From NCBI GenBank assembly GCA_018883635.1, contig JAHLFT010000007.1:889-64888 (forward strand): 64,000 bases of DNA. Reading direction: 5' to 3'. How positions within the stretch are numbered: the stretch's first letter is position 1; each line of letters begins with the position of its first letter. The translations under genes were made by a program, and so were the position numbers. Below the pieces are notes generated by a model, which was given only the letters and a program-made list of their open reading frames with translations, did not search any database and was not told where the DNA came from. Origin of the DNA: Candidatus Lactobacillus pullistercoris (GTDB lineage: Bacteria; Bacillota; Bacilli; Lactobacillales; Lactobacillaceae). Below, piece by piece: positions 21,827 to 32,910 of this stretch.

Positions 21827-23683
21827 TTAGTCTTCATCCCAAGTTGCATTCTTAGCAGCATCTTCGGCAGCTTCTTGTTCAAGACGAGCTTCAGTATCCT
21901 TTACACTCTTTTCAAAGGCAGGATCAACTTGAATACCAATATCCTCAAGTTGTTGATCAGTTACAGGTGCTGGAGCATGCATCATAGGTTCACTGGCATT
22001 AGCATTCTTAGGGAAAGCGGTAACGTCACGAATATTGTCCTTTTGGGCAAGCATCATAGCGAAACGATCAAGTCCGATGGCCAATCCAGCATGAGGTGGG
22101 AAGCCCATGTCCAAGGCATCCATTAAGTAACCAAATTGTTCATAGGCTCTCTTCTTAGTAAAGCCTAAAGCCTTAAACATCTTTTCTTGGATTGAACGTT
22201 TGTGGATACGGATTGATCCACCACCCATTTCATCCCCATTCATAACGATATCGTATGAACGAGCGTGGGCCTTATGAGGTTCAGTATCCAAAAGTTTGAT
22301 TCCTTCATCATCTGGCATTGTGAATGGGTGGTGAGCAGCAATCCAGCGGCCAAGGCCTTCATCATATTCAAATAATGGCCAATCGACAACCCAAACAAAG
22401 TCATAAACGTCTTTTGGAATAATGCCGGTTTCTTTAGCGAATTCACGACGAAGGTGATTAAGTGAATCACAGCAAACTTTCCAATTGTCAGCAACAAAGA
22501 CAACTAATTCTTCACCTTCAAGGTTAAATTCCTTAATTAAGGCTTCCTTGTTTTCATCAGTCAAGAAACGAGATACAGGACCTGAGAATTCACCATCTTC
22601 ATACTTAACCCAAGCTAAACCTTTTGCGTGGTAACGCTTGATGTAATCAGCCTTTTCATCAATCTTCTTACGCGAATATTGTTTAGCACCATTTTTAACA
22701 GCTAAACCTTTGACATAACCTCCATCAGCGATTGCACCAGAGAAGACCTTGAAGTCTGAATCCTTAAAGATTGGGCTTAAGTCATGGATGAACATTTCGT
22801 AACGAGTATCTGGCTTATCACAACCATACTTGTTCATCGAGTCAGTCCAAGTAATGCGCTTAATTGGTGTCTTAAGATCGATGTTCATTACATCTTTCAT
22901 AATCTTCTTTAACAAACCTTCAGTGTAGTCTTGAACACCCTTTTCATCTAAGAATGAAGTTTCCATATCAATTTGCGTAAATTCTGGTTGACGGTCACCA
23001 CGAAGATCTTCATCACGGAAACATTTAGCCAATTGGTAGTACTTATCAAAGCCCGCACCCATTAATAATTGTTTAAACAATTGTGGTGATTGTGGTAAAG
23101 CGTAGAAACTACCTGGGTAAATTCTTGAAGGAACAAGATAGTCACGAGCACCTTCTGGAGATGACTTACCTAAAATAGGAGTTTCAATATCGATAAAGCC
23201 ATTTTCATCAAAGAATTCATGAACAGCACGCAAAATCTTAGCACGTAAGATAATGGCTTTTTGTAAAGTTGGGCGACGAAGATCAAGATAACGATACTTC
23301 AAACGAGTTTGTTCAGCTGCAGTAATGTCATCTTTGATTTCAAATGGTGGTACCTTTGACTTGTTTAAAATGTCAATTTTGGTAGCATCAACTTCAACTT
23401 CCCCAGTCTTCATATCTGGGTTAACACTTGAACGTTTAACAACCTTACCTTTAACTTCAATGACGTATTCGCTACCAAGTTCATCGGCAATGGTCATTAA
23501 TTCCTTACCAGAATCTTTGTTAACAACAACTTGAACGATTCCTTCACGGTCACGTAAATCAATGAAAACTAGGTTACCTAAATTACGTACACGTTGAACC
23601 CAGCCAAATAGAGTTACTTCTATACCTTCATATTTGCTAGTAATATTACCGCAATAATCTGTTCTTTTATCCATCTTCATCAT
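21827..23683 (-). CDS. aspS: aspartyl-tRNA synthetase
   Basis: 618 aa with class II motifs ([34 protein letters not shown]). Confidence 0.97.
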   Translation of the reverse strand: MMKMDKRTDYCGNITSKYEGIEVTLFGWVQRVRNLGNLVFIDLRDREGIVQVVVNKDSGKELMTIADELGSEYVIEVKGKVVKRSSVNPDMKTGEVEVDATKIDILNKSKVPPFEIKDDITAAEQTRLKYRYLDLRRPTLQKAIILRAKILRAVHEFFDENGFIDIETPILGKSSPEGARDYLVPSRIYPGSFYALPQSPQLFKQLLMGAGFDKYYQLAKCFRDEDLRGDRQPEFTQIDMETSFLDEKGVQDYTEGLLKKIMKDVMNIDLKTPIKRITWTDSMNKYGCDKPDTRYEMFIHDLSPIFKDSDFKVFSGAIADGGYVKGLAVKNGAKQYSRKKIDEKADYIKRYHAKGLAWVKYEDGEFSGPVSRFLTDENKEALIKEFNLEGEELVVFVADNWKVCCDSLNHLRREFAKETGIIPKDVYDFVWVVDWPLFEYDEGLGRWIAAHHPFTMPDDEGIKLLDTEPHKAHARSYDIVMNGDEMGGGSIRIHKRSIQEKMFKALGFTKKRAYEQFGYLMDALDMGFPPHAGLAIGLDRFAMMLAQKDNIRDVTAFPKNANASEPMMHAPAPVTDQQLEDIGIQVDPAFEKSVKDTEARLEQEAAEDAAKNATWDED

Positions 23684-23688
23684 AATAA

Positions 23689-24975
23689 TTAATCCTCTAA
23701 CTTCTTCATTACATTTTGCATATCATTTAAATCTTCAAGACTTAAATCAATAGTGTGACCATCACTAAGACGCTTAATGTTCAAAGTGCCATTTTCAAGT
23801 TCCTTTGCACCAAGGGTAATAACATATTTTGCATGTACTCGGTCGGCTTTACGGAATTGTTGCCTAAGCTTCTTTTGATCAACATCATATTGGGTCTTAA
23901 AGCCTTGCCCCCGAAGTGATCTAGCAATTTCAACTGCCTTCATTTCTGTACCAGCACCGATGTTAGTGATAAAGAAATCAATTCCTTCATCTTCAAATAA
24001 TGCAGGATTTTGTTCCTTTAAAACAAGCATCAAACGTTCTTCACCGATACCAAAACCAACAGCTGGCGTTTCTGGACCATCAAATTCTTGTACAAGGTGG
24101 TCATAGCGGCCTCCACCTAAAATTGTGGTAGCTGATTCCCAAAGATTCTTATCTTCAACCATGAATTCAAAAATAATTCCGGTGTAGTAATCAAGACCAC
24201 GTACAAGATCATCATCAAGTACATAGTCAATGCCTAATTGTGTCAACATATTAGTGATCACTTCGAAGTTCTTCTTAGAATCTTCATCAAGGTAATCAAC
24301 AATCTTAGGAGCATCTGGCAAGAATTGCTTATCTTCGTCAGCTTTTGAATCAAGAATTCGTAGTGGATTCATTGATAAACGACGTTGTGAATCTTCTGAA
24401 AGTTGATCCTTCAAAGGAGTGAAGTAATTTACTAAAGCATCATGGTAATCTTGACGCACTTGAGCATTACCTAAAGTGTTGATGTGTAATTCGTAATTTT
24501 TAACACCAAGTTCAGCTAATAAATCGTGTCCCATCATGATCGTTTCAACATCTGCAAGAGGACTTGCTGAACCGAAGCTTTCAACACCAATTTGGTGGAA
24601 TTCACGTTGTCGACCAGCTTGTGGTCTTTCATATCTAAAGGTGTTGTCAATATAAAAGACATTAAATGGCTTAACTACATCTGGACCGTAGAGCTTATTT
24701 TCAACATAAGCACGAACAACACCGGCTGTTCCTTCTGGTCTTAATGCAATATGACGGCCACCTTTGTCATTAAAATCATACATTTCTTTTTCAACAACAT
24801 CTGAACTTTCACCACTTGAACGTGAGAAAACTTCGTAATTTTCAAAACTTGGCGTCCGAATTTCACGGTAATTTGCCCGGTTGAAAAATTCACGAGCAGT
24901 TGCTTCAACTTTTTCCCACGAGCCTGAAACATCAGGTAAAATGTCGACTGTTCCTTTAGGTCTTTGAACTCTCAT
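23689..24975 (-). CDS. hisS: histidyl-tRNA synthetase
   Basis: 428 aa with HisRS motifs ([21 protein letters not shown]). Confidence 0.97.
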   Translation of the reverse strand: MRVQRPKGTVDILPDVSGSWEKVEATAREFFNRANYREIRTPSFENYEVFSRSSGESSDVVEKEMYDFNDKGGRHIALRPEGTAGVVRAYVENKLYGPDVVKPFNVFYIDNTFRYERPQAGRQREFHQIGVESFGSASPLADVETIMMGHDLLAELGVKNYELHINTLGNAQVRQDYHDALVNYFTPLKDQLSEDSQRRLSMNPLRILDSKADEDKQFLPDAPKIVDYLDEDSKKNFEVITNMLTQLGIDYVLDDDLVRGLDYYTGIIFEFMVEDKNLWESATTILGGGRYDHLVQEFDGPETPAVGFGIGEERLMLVLKEQNPALFEDEGIDFFITNIGAGTEMKAVEIARSLRGQGFKTQYDVDQKKLRQQFRKADRVHAKYVITLGAKELENGTLNIKRLSDGHTIDLSLEDLNDMQNVMKKLED

Positions 24976-25009
24976 TAAATCATCCTTTTTATTTTTAAAT
25001 TAAACAAAA

Positions 25010-25215
25010 TAAAAAGCGTCCTTGAATAAGATCAAGGGCGCTCAAATTAGCACGGTACCACCTTTTATTTCCTACGATTAACGCTCGCGAGACGATTAAT
25101 TATCTGTTAAAGGTGTCACAGATTAAGATCATTCTGCTCTTTCACCAAGCTGAGCAGTCTCTAATAAATGACCTGTGCTAATCTTCAATCTTTGTCTTCG
25201 ATAATTCCTTTTTAG
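25010..25215 (-). promoter_or_regulatory. T-box riboswitch leader controlling hisS-aspS
   Basis: The minus strand reads AAAGGTGGTACCGTG (25051-25062). A terminator GCGCCCTTGATCTTATTCAAGGACGC plus U-run follows. Stem I elements AGAGA and GGTGAAA are present. The candidate specifier region is GUGACACC (25113-25117 = GACAC). Confidence 0.88.
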
Positions 25216-25242
25216 TTTATGGTTTTAAAGAGGTAAAGTCAA
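25214..25242 (-). promoter_or_regulatory. sigma-A promoter for hisS-aspS leader
   Basis: The minus strand reads TTGACT - 17 nt - TAAACT. Confidence 0.55.
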
Positions 25243-25290
25243 CCTTTGTAACCGCTTTACCTAAAACTTATTTAAATAAAATTGGCAACG

Positions 25291-25325
25291 AAAAAAGAGT
25301 TTAGGAAAAATTCCTAAACTCTTTT
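25291..25325 (-). terminator. rho-independent terminator after adhesin gene
   Basis: Perfect 13-bp arms aaagagtttagga / tcctaaactcttt. Confidence 0.8.
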
Positions 25326-25340
25326 ATTCAAATAGATTAT

Positions 25341-28300
25341 TTATCTATTCTTACGACGCTTCTTAGCACCTGTCAAACCAAGTAAACCAATGCTTGATGC
25401 AGCCAAACCAAGAGCTGCTGCAAGTTCGTTTAATCCACCATCTTCACCTGTTTGAGGTAATTCATTTCTTGAAACTACCTTCTTAGCAGATGCAATTTGC
25501 TTGTCACTTACGTTTTCAGGAGTTATTGAATGTGGACGAACTGATTCTTCTTTTTGTAGAGTAGCAGAACTGTGAGGTCTTACATTATCAGTATTTTCTT
25601 CTGGAACGTCAGGAACATCTTGTCCGTGTGGAGTTACGTTTTCAGGTTCATTTGGTGTGTTTTCAGGAAGAACTGGTTGTGGTTCATCTGGAAAAGTAAT
25701 GCTTTCGTCAGTAAGGCCTTGACTGTTGAAAGCGTCACCTAATTGCTTGTTATCAGTCTTGTCAACGATCTTAACAGTTGCCTTTTGTTGTTGTGGAGCT
25801 GGCTTTTCAACTGGAGTGTAAACAACGTTAACAACATTATTTGCGTTCCGTTCTGCAGGTAAAATTTTAACGTTACCAATACTATCATTGTCTGACACAC
25901 CAGTATTCGCATCTTTAACAGATTTTACTGTCCAACCATCTTGATTTGGAGTAATTACTGATTCAAATGAAGAATTGGCTTGAGTCCTGTTTCCAGTGGT
26001 CTTATTTCCAGTTACTAAGTCAGTAGTCACATCACGAGTAAAGTTAATGATTTGACTATCATTACTTGGCTTAGTGATTTGTGGAGCAGAACTATCATCA
26101 TTAGAGTAGTTAACAGTTAAAGTTGACTTAGCCATATATTGTGCAGTTTGTTTTCTATGCTTAAAGTGAACTACAAAGTTTTGTGGAGTTGGGGTTAAGT
26201 TTCCATTAACAACGTAACCATTGCCTAAACTAGTACCATTTTCATTACCCTTTGTTGTGTTAACGATTTCGTAGTTAGCATTTTCAATCTTAGTTACATC
26301 ATTTTGACCATCAGCAAATGAAATTGCATCATCGACTTTACCATTATCAGTTCTATTTTGGATACTTGGCACATTTTCAATTGTAATGTAAGTATTAGTA
26401 TCGTCGTCATAGCACTTCAAAGTTGCAGTACCATCTTGCTTAGCAGGTGTCTTAGTAAAGTGAACTATAAAATGTTGACAACCATCGGTTAGTTTTCCGA
26501 AGTTATTAGGATAATCAATTGAAACTACGTTTCCATCTTTAGTAATATTACCTAAAGTATAGCCAGATTGTTCAATTTTTGTTACATCACTTGAACCGTC
26601 AGGGAAGCTAATACTCTCACCAGGTTTACCTTCATCAGTACGATTTTGAATACCAGGAACATCTGTAGAAGTAATAGGCTTATTGTTAGTATCATCCCAG
26701 TAACTCAGGCTAGCAGTACCTTTTTCTTCAGGATTGTAGAAGAAGACGATGTCTTGGTTACCTGTTTTAGCCAAGTTATAGGCAATTGCTCCGGCTGCTC
26801 CTCTGTTAATACTACCTTCAGCAAAATCACCAGGTTTTATATTAGGATCACTTAAAACCTGAGTTCCGCCTGATTCATAACTTAAACTTGCTTTTATACT
26901 ACCATCTGGGTTACGCATATCGCGATTAGCAACACTATAAACGTTTAGATCGGCAATACCCTTGTTATCTCTTGTCTTATAAATGAAGACAACATCAGTA
27001 GCAAACTTAGATAAAGCAATTGAGATATCTCCCATTCTATTGCCTAAACTGCCTTGTAATGGTGTGTCAAGAACATCTTTAGCATGAATTACAACGCCAT
27101 TATTAGTGGCTAATACACTATCTAATGCAGCTTGACTTGCTTTATCATTAGATACTAACTTATATGTTTTACCATTATGTTTAATAGTCTCTAATTTGGC
27201 AGCATTAGCATCATATGTTTCACCAGTTAAAGCATCATATGATGTCTTAGCAATCAAATCACTAGTCTTAGCATTTACGTAATAAATAGTTTGTTTAGCT
27301 TTTCCTGGAACAACAGTACTTGGACTCTTCCAAAACTTCTCATTTTCCAAACCATGGAAAGTATTAAAGTTATCATTCGTAAATCCTAAGCCGCCTGAAC
27401 CTTCGATGTTACCAGATACTCCATTAGTAACTTTATCAGTATTACCGTCATTATTACTAACAGTAGTTCTAGAGTAGCTTACTCCACCTTTGTTAATTGT
27501 TTGAGTAATTACATGGTAACTCCCACCTGAATAAATGTTAGTTGCCGAGTTTGTTCCGGTTTTTGATCCAGAAAAGTTCTTAGAAATTTTGCTTGGCTCA
27601 AGTGAAGTAATAACTGTTCCAGTATTGGCATCGTAAAAGTAAACAGTTTGTCCTGGATTTTTTCGATCCGTAGCATAAACATAACGCTTATTTCCTGCTG
27701 CATTCTTCACAATGGCATAAGCTACTTGAGCTTTAGGTAAGAAACTAAAATTATTACGTTTATCACCCAAGTTTTGCTTCAAGGTAGCAGCCATATCACT
27801 TGACCAGTTTTGATCATCAACATTCACTGCATCATCTACACTAGCTGTCTGCTTAGAACTCGTTAAAAGAGAAACACCAAATAACTTTGCTATATCTTTT
27901 ACATCGTTATTACTGTTCTTTAATTGATTAGTATTAAGGTTAAATGTAGTCTCATTAACTTGATTATCTTTTTGTACCTTATGTGTAGCAACTCTAGCAT
28001 CCTTGTCTTGTTTACTACCTTGCGTACCCAAGTTAACGTCAATGCTGTCAGCTTTCTTTTCTTCATTAGCATCTGTCTTAACTGCCTTAGCATTCCTCTT
28101 AATTTCTGCTTTTTCAGTACCTTCTGAATCAGCAGCCTTTTTAGCAGCGTTATCCTTAACTTCTGCTTGTACTTGCTTATTTTCTTGAGTAGCAGAAACA
28201 GAGCTGGTGTTTTCATCAGCTTTAACATTTTCTTGTTTTGCAGTTTGATCTTGACTAGCATTAGCAGTTTCAGTATTGTCAACAACAACGTTTTCAACTG

Positions 28301-28490
28301 AACCGCCCTTAGCTTGATCGCCGCTACTTTCTTCTACTTCAGCTTTTGCATCAGTATCATCATTAGTTTCGGCGTGTGTAGTACTTGCACTAACTCCAAG
28401 CCACAATGAAGTTCCTAAAAGAACTGAGGCAGCTCCAATAGTTAATTTACGTATTGCAAAATTAGGCTTGCGTTCTGCAGCCTCTTCCAT
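25341..28490 (-). CDS. large LPXTG-anchored mucus-binding (MucBP-repeat) surface adhesin; 5' end apparently frameshifted
   Basis: YSIRK-like signal (KPNFAIRKLTIGAASVLLG). Two full MucBP-like repeats (GTASLSYWDDTNNKPI..., GTATLKCYDDDTNTYI...) plus a partial third. LPQTG at 25446-25460, followed by a hydrophobic segment and a KKRRKNR tail. The expected N-terminus MVSKNNRMKK lies in another frame at 28491-28519. Confidence 0.85.
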   Translation of the reverse strand: MEEAAERKPNFAIRKLTIGAASVLLGTSLWLGVSASTTHAETNDDTDAKAEVEESSGDQAKGGSVENVVVDNTETANASQDQTAKQENVKADENTSSVSATQENKQVQAEVKDNAAKKAADSEGTEKAEIKRNAKAVKTDANEEKKADSIDVNLGTQGSKQDKDARVATHKVQKDNQVNETTFNLNTNQLKNSNNDVKDIAKLFGVSLLTSSKQTASVDDAVNVDDQNWSSDMAATLKQNLGDKRNNFSFLPKAQVAYAIVKNAAGNKRYVYATDRKNPGQTVYFYDANTGTVITSLEPSKISKNFSGSKTGTNSATNIYSGGSYHVITQTINKGGVSYSRTTVSNNDGNTDKVTNGVSGNIEGSGGLGFTNDNFNTFHGLENEKFWKSPSTVVPGKAKQTIYYVNAKTSDLIAKTSYDALTGETYDANAAKLETIKHNGKTYKLVSNDKASQAALDSVLATNNGVVIHAKDVLDTPLQGSLGNRMGDISIALSKFATDVVFIYKTRDNKGIADLNVYSVANRDMRNPDGSIKASLSYESGGTQVLSDPNIKPGDFAEGSINRGAAGAIAYNLAKTGNQDIVFFYNPEEKGTASLSYWDDTNNKPITSTDVPGIQNRTDEGKPGESISFPDGSSDVTKIEQSGYTLGNITKDGNVVSIDYPNNFGKLTDGCQHFIVHFTKTPAKQDGTATLKCYDDDTNTYITIENVPSIQNRTDNGKVDDAISFADGQNDVTKIENANYEIVNTTKGNENGTSLGNGYVVNGNLTPTPQNFVVHFKHRKQTAQYMAKSTLTVNYSNDDSSAPQITKPSNDSQIINFTRDVTTDLVTGNKTTGNRTQANSSFESVITPNQDGWTVKSVKDANTGVSDNDSIGNVKILPAERNANNVVNVVYTPVEKPAPQQQKATVKIVDKTDNKQLGDAFNSQGLTDESITFPDEPQPVLPENTPNEPENVTPHGQDVPDVPEENTDNVRPHSSATLQKEESVRPHSITPENVSDKQIASAKKVVSRNELPQTGEDGGLNELAAALGLAASSIGLLGLTGAKKRRKNR

Positions 28491-28712
28491 TTTTTCATAC
28501 GGTTATTCTTCGACACCATTATTTCCTCCTATATCACTCAAATTGTGTCTCAAAATCTTTATTTTAATGCACTCTCCCTGTAGCGCTTTTAAATTACGCT
28601 CGTTATTATACACATGCAATATATTAATCTATTGCTTTATGTAAAAAATTTCTTTCTTAATAAATTCTTTATACATGCCTAATCTACCAATGTTTTAATT
28701 CCTAATTAATAC

Positions 28713-28745
28713 AAAAATAACCTAGAAATATAATTTTTTCTAAGC
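28713..28745 (-). terminator. putative terminator after dtd
   Basis: cctagaaa / tttctaag stem with a T-run on the minus strand. The stem is AT-rich, so confidence is only moderate. Confidence 0.45.
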
Positions 28746-28794
28746 TCTTTTCTTTATTTTCTAAAATAATCTTTGTTATTTGAGTGTTTCTTTA

Positions 28795-29232
28795 TTAAAG
28801 ATCTAACACAATCGTAAATGGTCCGTCGTTTTCAAGATCAACTTGCATATCAGCCCCAAATTCACCGGTTTCAACATGAAAGCCATCTGCTTCAAGTTCC
28901 TTGTTAAATTCTAGCCAAAGATCTTTTGACTTCGGTGGTCGCATTGCCTCAACAAAGCTTGGGCGATTTCCCTTCTTTGTATTTGCAAGCAAAGTAAATT
29001 GGCTAACACTCAAAATTTCACCGCCGACATCTTTCAAAGACAAATTGGTTTTACCATCTTCATCCTCAAAAATGCGCATCTTAGCAATCTTATCAGCAGC
29101 CTTTTTCACTACTGCCATATCATCCCCGTCGCGCAAACCGACTAACAACAGAAAACCTTTAGCAATCTTACCAACGCATTTGCCATCAATATTAACTTGT
29201 GCCTTATTAACTCTCTGAATTACAATTCTCAT
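28795..29232 (-). CDS. dtd: D-aminoacyl-tRNA deacylase
   Basis: 145 aa with conserved [13 protein letters not shown] and GPFT motifs. The start overlaps the rel stop. Confidence 0.95.
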   Translation of the reverse strand: MRIVIQRVNKAQVNIDGKCVGKIAKGFLLLVGLRDGDDMAVVKKAADKIAKMRIFEDEDGKTNLSLKDVGGEILSVSQFTLLANTKKGNRPSFVEAMRPPKSKDLWLEFNKELEADGFHVETGEFGADMQVDLENDGPFTIVLDL

Positions 29233-31475
29233 TAATTATCTGACCTCTTAGTCTCATATACGTCAGGAATATCATGCAATTTGCTCAATATTCCTTGCAA
29301 CTGACTACTATTATTTACTGAAACAGTGACATAAAAATGGGCAATATTCTCATCGTTGACCTTACCAGAAATGTTATTGATATTTTTAGTCAAAGAATTC
29401 AACTTATTAATAACGTCACTTAATAGGTTCCCACGATTGTAGCCAAAGACTTCAATATTAGCATTAAAGGCTTGGGCATTATTTTCTTCAACATTTTCCC
29501 ACTCAACATCAATCAAGCGGCCCTGCTTTTTCGCTTCTTCCGTAATATTACGGCAATCACTGCGGTGAATGGTTACCCCGCGGCCCTTAGTAACGTAACC
29601 AATGATGTCGTCGCCTGGAACTGGATTACAGCACTTAGCCAAATGAAGCATTAAATCACTAACACCCTGAATCATGATGCTATTCTTATGCTTAACCTTC
29701 ATGACCGTATCATGACTAGCCGACTTCTTATCTTCAGAACTAGAAGATTGTTGCCCCGCGTTCAGAATTTCTTCTTCCCGTTTCTTCTGCTTTTCTTTTT
29801 CATCTTTACGTCTTTGATCAATCGTCAAGCGATTGTAAACACCCATTGCTGATTGATCGCCAAAGCCGATGGCTGCAAACAATTCATCTGAAGAATTATA
29901 GTTAAAGTGTTCTAAGCTTTTTTCGATATGTTCTTTATCTAAAAATTTCTTAGTATTTAACCCGTTTTCTCTGAGCAGTTCTGCAACTTCTTGCTTGCCG
30001 CGTTCAATACTGCCTTCACGGTCAAGTGCTCTAAAGTAGCGCCGGATTTTATTCCGTGCCCTTGAAGTCTTCACCATATCCATCCAGTCACGTGACGGAG
30101 CAGAATTGGTCTGGGTCATGATGTCGATGACATCCCCATTTTTAAGCTTATAATCCAGCGGCACTAACTTGTTATTTACTTTGGCACCTACCGCATGACT
30201 ACCTACTTGCGTATGAATAGCATAGGCAAAATCGAGCGTAACTGAACCCCTGGGCAATTCATATACCTCACCGCGCGGAGTAAAGACATAGACGCGGTCA
30301 GAAAAGATATCGCTCTTGACGCTCTTCATAAATTCATCAGCGTCTTTAGTTTCATCCTTTAATTCGAGGATTTCACGAACCATGTCCAGCTTTTCACCAG
30401 AACTAGTTTCCTGCACACCAGTAAAGTTACCGCGCTTATATGCCCAGTGGGCCGCAACCCCGTATTCAGCAACTTCATGCATTTGCCGGGTTCTAATCTG
30501 GATTTCAAGTGGACGACCACCTGGTCCAATAATCGTGGTGTGAAGTGATTGATAACCATTAACCTTAGGCACTGCAATATAATCCTTAAAGCGGCCTGGC
30601 ATTGGCTTCCATTCAGTATGGACTACCCCGAGCACGGCATAACAATCCCGCACTGTCTTCACGATCACTCTAACAGCTAATAAGTCATAAATTTCTTCAA
30701 AATCTTTATGCTTATTAACCATCTTTTTATAGATGGAATAAATATGCTTTGGCCGACCATAAATTTCATATTTAATATGAAGACCATCTAAAGTCTTCTT
30801 CATCGTCTTAATAGCATCCGCAATGTACTTTTCCCGTTCACTACGTTTAACGTCCATTAAGTTAACGATGCGATAATAAGCTTCTGGATTTAAATAGTGG
30901 AAAGACATATCTTCAAGTTCCCACTTGATCGTTCCGATACCAAGACGATCAGCAAGTGGTGCGTAAATGTCCATTGTTTCTGAAGCAATCCGGCGCTGCT
31001 TATCAGGACGGAGGTGTTGCAAAGTATGCATATTGTGCAAACGGTCAGCTAATTTAACCATGATAACCCGGAGGTCTTTAGCCATAGCGATTAACATTTT
31101 CCGGTGATTTTCGGCCAAAAATTCCTGGTGAGACTTATATTGATACTTATTTAACTTCGTTACCCCATCAACGATAAAAGCAACATCCTCACCGAAGTCA
31201 CGTTTAATATCATCATTGGTAACCGGTGTATCCTCAACAGTATCATGCAAAAAACCAGCCGCAACAGTATCCGGATCAAGGCCTAAAGTAGCTAAAGTAC
31301 CAGCTACTTGAGTTGGGTGCACGATATATGGTTGTCCTGAGGCGCGTTTTTGACCAGCATGAGCTTTATTAGCATATTCATAAGCCTTTTCAACAAAATC
31401 CAGCTGCTCCCCATTCATATACTTTTTACAAGCTGCGATTACTTGATCATGCGTCATTTCCACGTATTTTGACAT
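29232..31475 (-). CDS. relA: bifunctional (p)ppGpp synthetase/hydrolase Rel
   Basis: HD domain (HDTVEDT), synthetase domain (YQSLHT, EIQIRT), TGS and ACT regions. The likely ATG is at 31475. The ORF track starts at a TTG at 31481. Confidence 0.96.
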   Translation of the reverse strand: MSKYVEMTHDQVIAACKKYMNGEQLDFVEKAYEYANKAHAGQKRASGQPYIVHPTQVAGTLATLGLDPDTVAAGFLHDTVEDTPVTNDDIKRDFGEDVAFIVDGVTKLNKYQYKSHQEFLAENHRKMLIAMAKDLRVIMVKLADRLHNMHTLQHLRPDKQRRIASETMDIYAPLADRLGIGTIKWELEDMSFHYLNPEAYYRIVNLMDVKRSEREKYIADAIKTMKKTLDGLHIKYEIYGRPKHIYSIYKKMVNKHKDFEEIYDLLAVRVIVKTVRDCYAVLGVVHTEWKPMPGRFKDYIAVPKVNGYQSLHTTIIGPGGRPLEIQIRTRQMHEVAEYGVAAHWAYKRGNFTGVQETSSGEKLDMVREILELKDETKDADEFMKSVKSDIFSDRVYVFTPRGEVYELPRGSVTLDFAYAIHTQVGSHAVGAKVNNKLVPLDYKLKNGDVIDIMTQTNSAPSRDWMDMVKTSRARNKIRRYFRALDREGSIERGKQEVAELLRENGLNTKKFLDKEHIEKSLEHFNYNSSDELFAAIGFGDQSAMGVYNRLTIDQRRKDEKEKQKKREEEILNAGQQSSSSEDKKSASHDTVMKVKHKNSIMIQGVSDLMLHLAKCCNPVPGDDIIGYVTKGRGVTIHRSDCRNITEEAKKQGRLIDVEWENVEENNAQAFNANIEVFGYNRGNLLSDVINKLNSLTKNINNISGKVNDENIAHFYVTVSVNNSSQLQGILSKLHDIPDVYETKRSDN

Positions 31476-31490
31476 GGACAATCATCCCTT

Positions 31491-31871
31491 CTAGCGATAA
31501 ATATCTTTATTAATTAATCCAAAAAGTTCAAAAATTAAGTAAATAATCCCAAAGATCAAATTATAATTAGCAAATTTAGGCAACATGACTAAATCAAAGA
31601 CAATTGGTAAAAGAAAAATCCACCAAAATAATAGTTTCTTCTTTATTATTAAGTGACCTAGATGCAAACTAATTATGCTATTGACGATCAAAAAAAGTAC
31701 GCCAACTCGCCAAATAACCGGTATTGATAACAAACTAAAGATGTATGGCAAAATTGCGACCAAAATCGTCCACCAGATGATGGGCATAAAATTAAAATGA
31801 TTTAATTGTTTGATTAAGGGAAGCTCTGCAATTTTGTGACAGATTGCTTGCATAAAAGAATTTCCTCTCAT
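31491..31871 (-). CDS. hypothetical integral membrane protein (126 aa)
   Basis: Four predicted hydrophobic helices. No family recognised. Confidence 0.55.
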   Translation of the reverse strand: MRGNSFMQAICHKIAELPLIKQLNHFNFMPIIWWTILVAILPYIFSLLSIPVIWRVGVLFLIVNSIISLHLGHLIIKKKLLFWWIFLLPIVFDLVMLPKFANYNLIFGIIYLIFELFGLINKDIYR

Positions 31872-31901
31872 AAAAGTTTAATCTAGTATATTCTAGCACA
31901 A

Positions 31902-32846
31902 TTAGTGTTCTTTTCTAGTAATACATAAGCCGACCCAGCGACCTTGCCGCATGGTTAGGTCAATCTTAAAGCCATTTTTATCCAGTGCAGCCTTAATTTT
32001 CGGCATTTGGAGATAATCGATTCCGGAGAAAATTACTTGGCCATTTTCGTTAAGATGACTGTCAAGTTGCGGAATTAATTCAACTAAAATTTCAGCTAAA
32101 ATATTGGCAAGAATAATATCAAACTTGCCCTTCACATCCTTAAGCAAACTAGTCTTTTGCACTTTAATATTAGAAAGACCATTCAACTTCATATTTTCCT
32201 GGGTGGCAGTCATAGATTCATCTGAAATGTCGGTTGCTAAAACATCACTTGCGCCAAGTTTAGCCGCGCTAATTGCCAAGATTCCGGAGCCAGTACCAAC
32301 ATCAACGACTCTCATCGGCTTAGTTAAAGCTCGTTCAAGTCCCATCATTGCTAGCTGAGTTGTTTTATGATTTCCTGTTCCAAAAGCAAGACCGGGATCA
32401 AGCTTAATTAATTTTTGGTCGCTAAAAGCTGGTTGATAATCCTCCCATTCAGGCACAATGGCTAAATGGCGAGAAAAGTTAATGACATGGTAATACTTTT
32501 GCCAAGCCGTATTCCAGTCTTGGTCGGCAATATAATTGCTTGAAATTTTACCATCGCCGATATTAAGACCGTATCCCTTTAACTCATTTAATTTTTGTGC
32601 AAATTTTTTAACGAGTTCATCCTTATCGGCTTCTTCATCAAAATAAGCCATAAATTGCATATCTTTTGGTAAATCTTTAATATCATCTAATTCAACAACT
32701 GTTGAGTCGTGGAGCCAGCCGGCTTGTTCAAAGTCACTGCGGTTGCGGCTTTCAGTTCCGAGTGCATTTAAATTATCTTGACTAAAAATGGTCAAGGCAT
32801 CTTCTACTTCGTGATTAGTTTCAATTTTAATAACTAGTAATTTCAT
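31902..32846 (-). CDS. prmA: ribosomal protein L11 methyltransferase
   Basis: SAM-binding motif VVDVGTGSGILAI. The likely start is MKLLVIKIET at 32846, after AAGGAG. The ORF track extends to 32912. Confidence 0.92.
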   Translation of the reverse strand: MKLLVIKIETNHEVEDALTIFSQDNLNALGTESRNRSDFEQAGWLHDSTVVELDDIKDLPKDMQFMAYFDEEADKDELVKKFAQKLNELKGYGLNIGDGKISSNYIADQDWNTAWQKYYHVINFSRHLAIVPEWEDYQPAFSDQKLIKLDPGLAFGTGNHKTTQLAMMGLERALTKPMRVVDVGTGSGILAISAAKLGASDVLATDISDESMTATQENMKLNGLSNIKVQKTSLLKDVKGKFDIILANILAEILVELIPQLDSHLNENGQVIFSGIDYLQMPKIKAALDKNGFKIDLTMRQGRWVGLCITRKEH

Positions 32847-32910
32847 TAATAAGAGTTGCTCCTTTTGTATTTTCTTCGGCAATGCTATGATATCTGTCGG
32901 AGGAATAAAC

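Noticed and set aside
27920-28297. 125-aa Lys/Leu-rich ORF, plus the plus-strand ORFs at 27924-28188.
   Set aside because: They lie inside the low-complexity Ala/Lys/Glu-rich N-terminal region of the adhesin gene. Repetitive AAR/GAA codon composition keeps alternative frames open, and none has an independent start signal.
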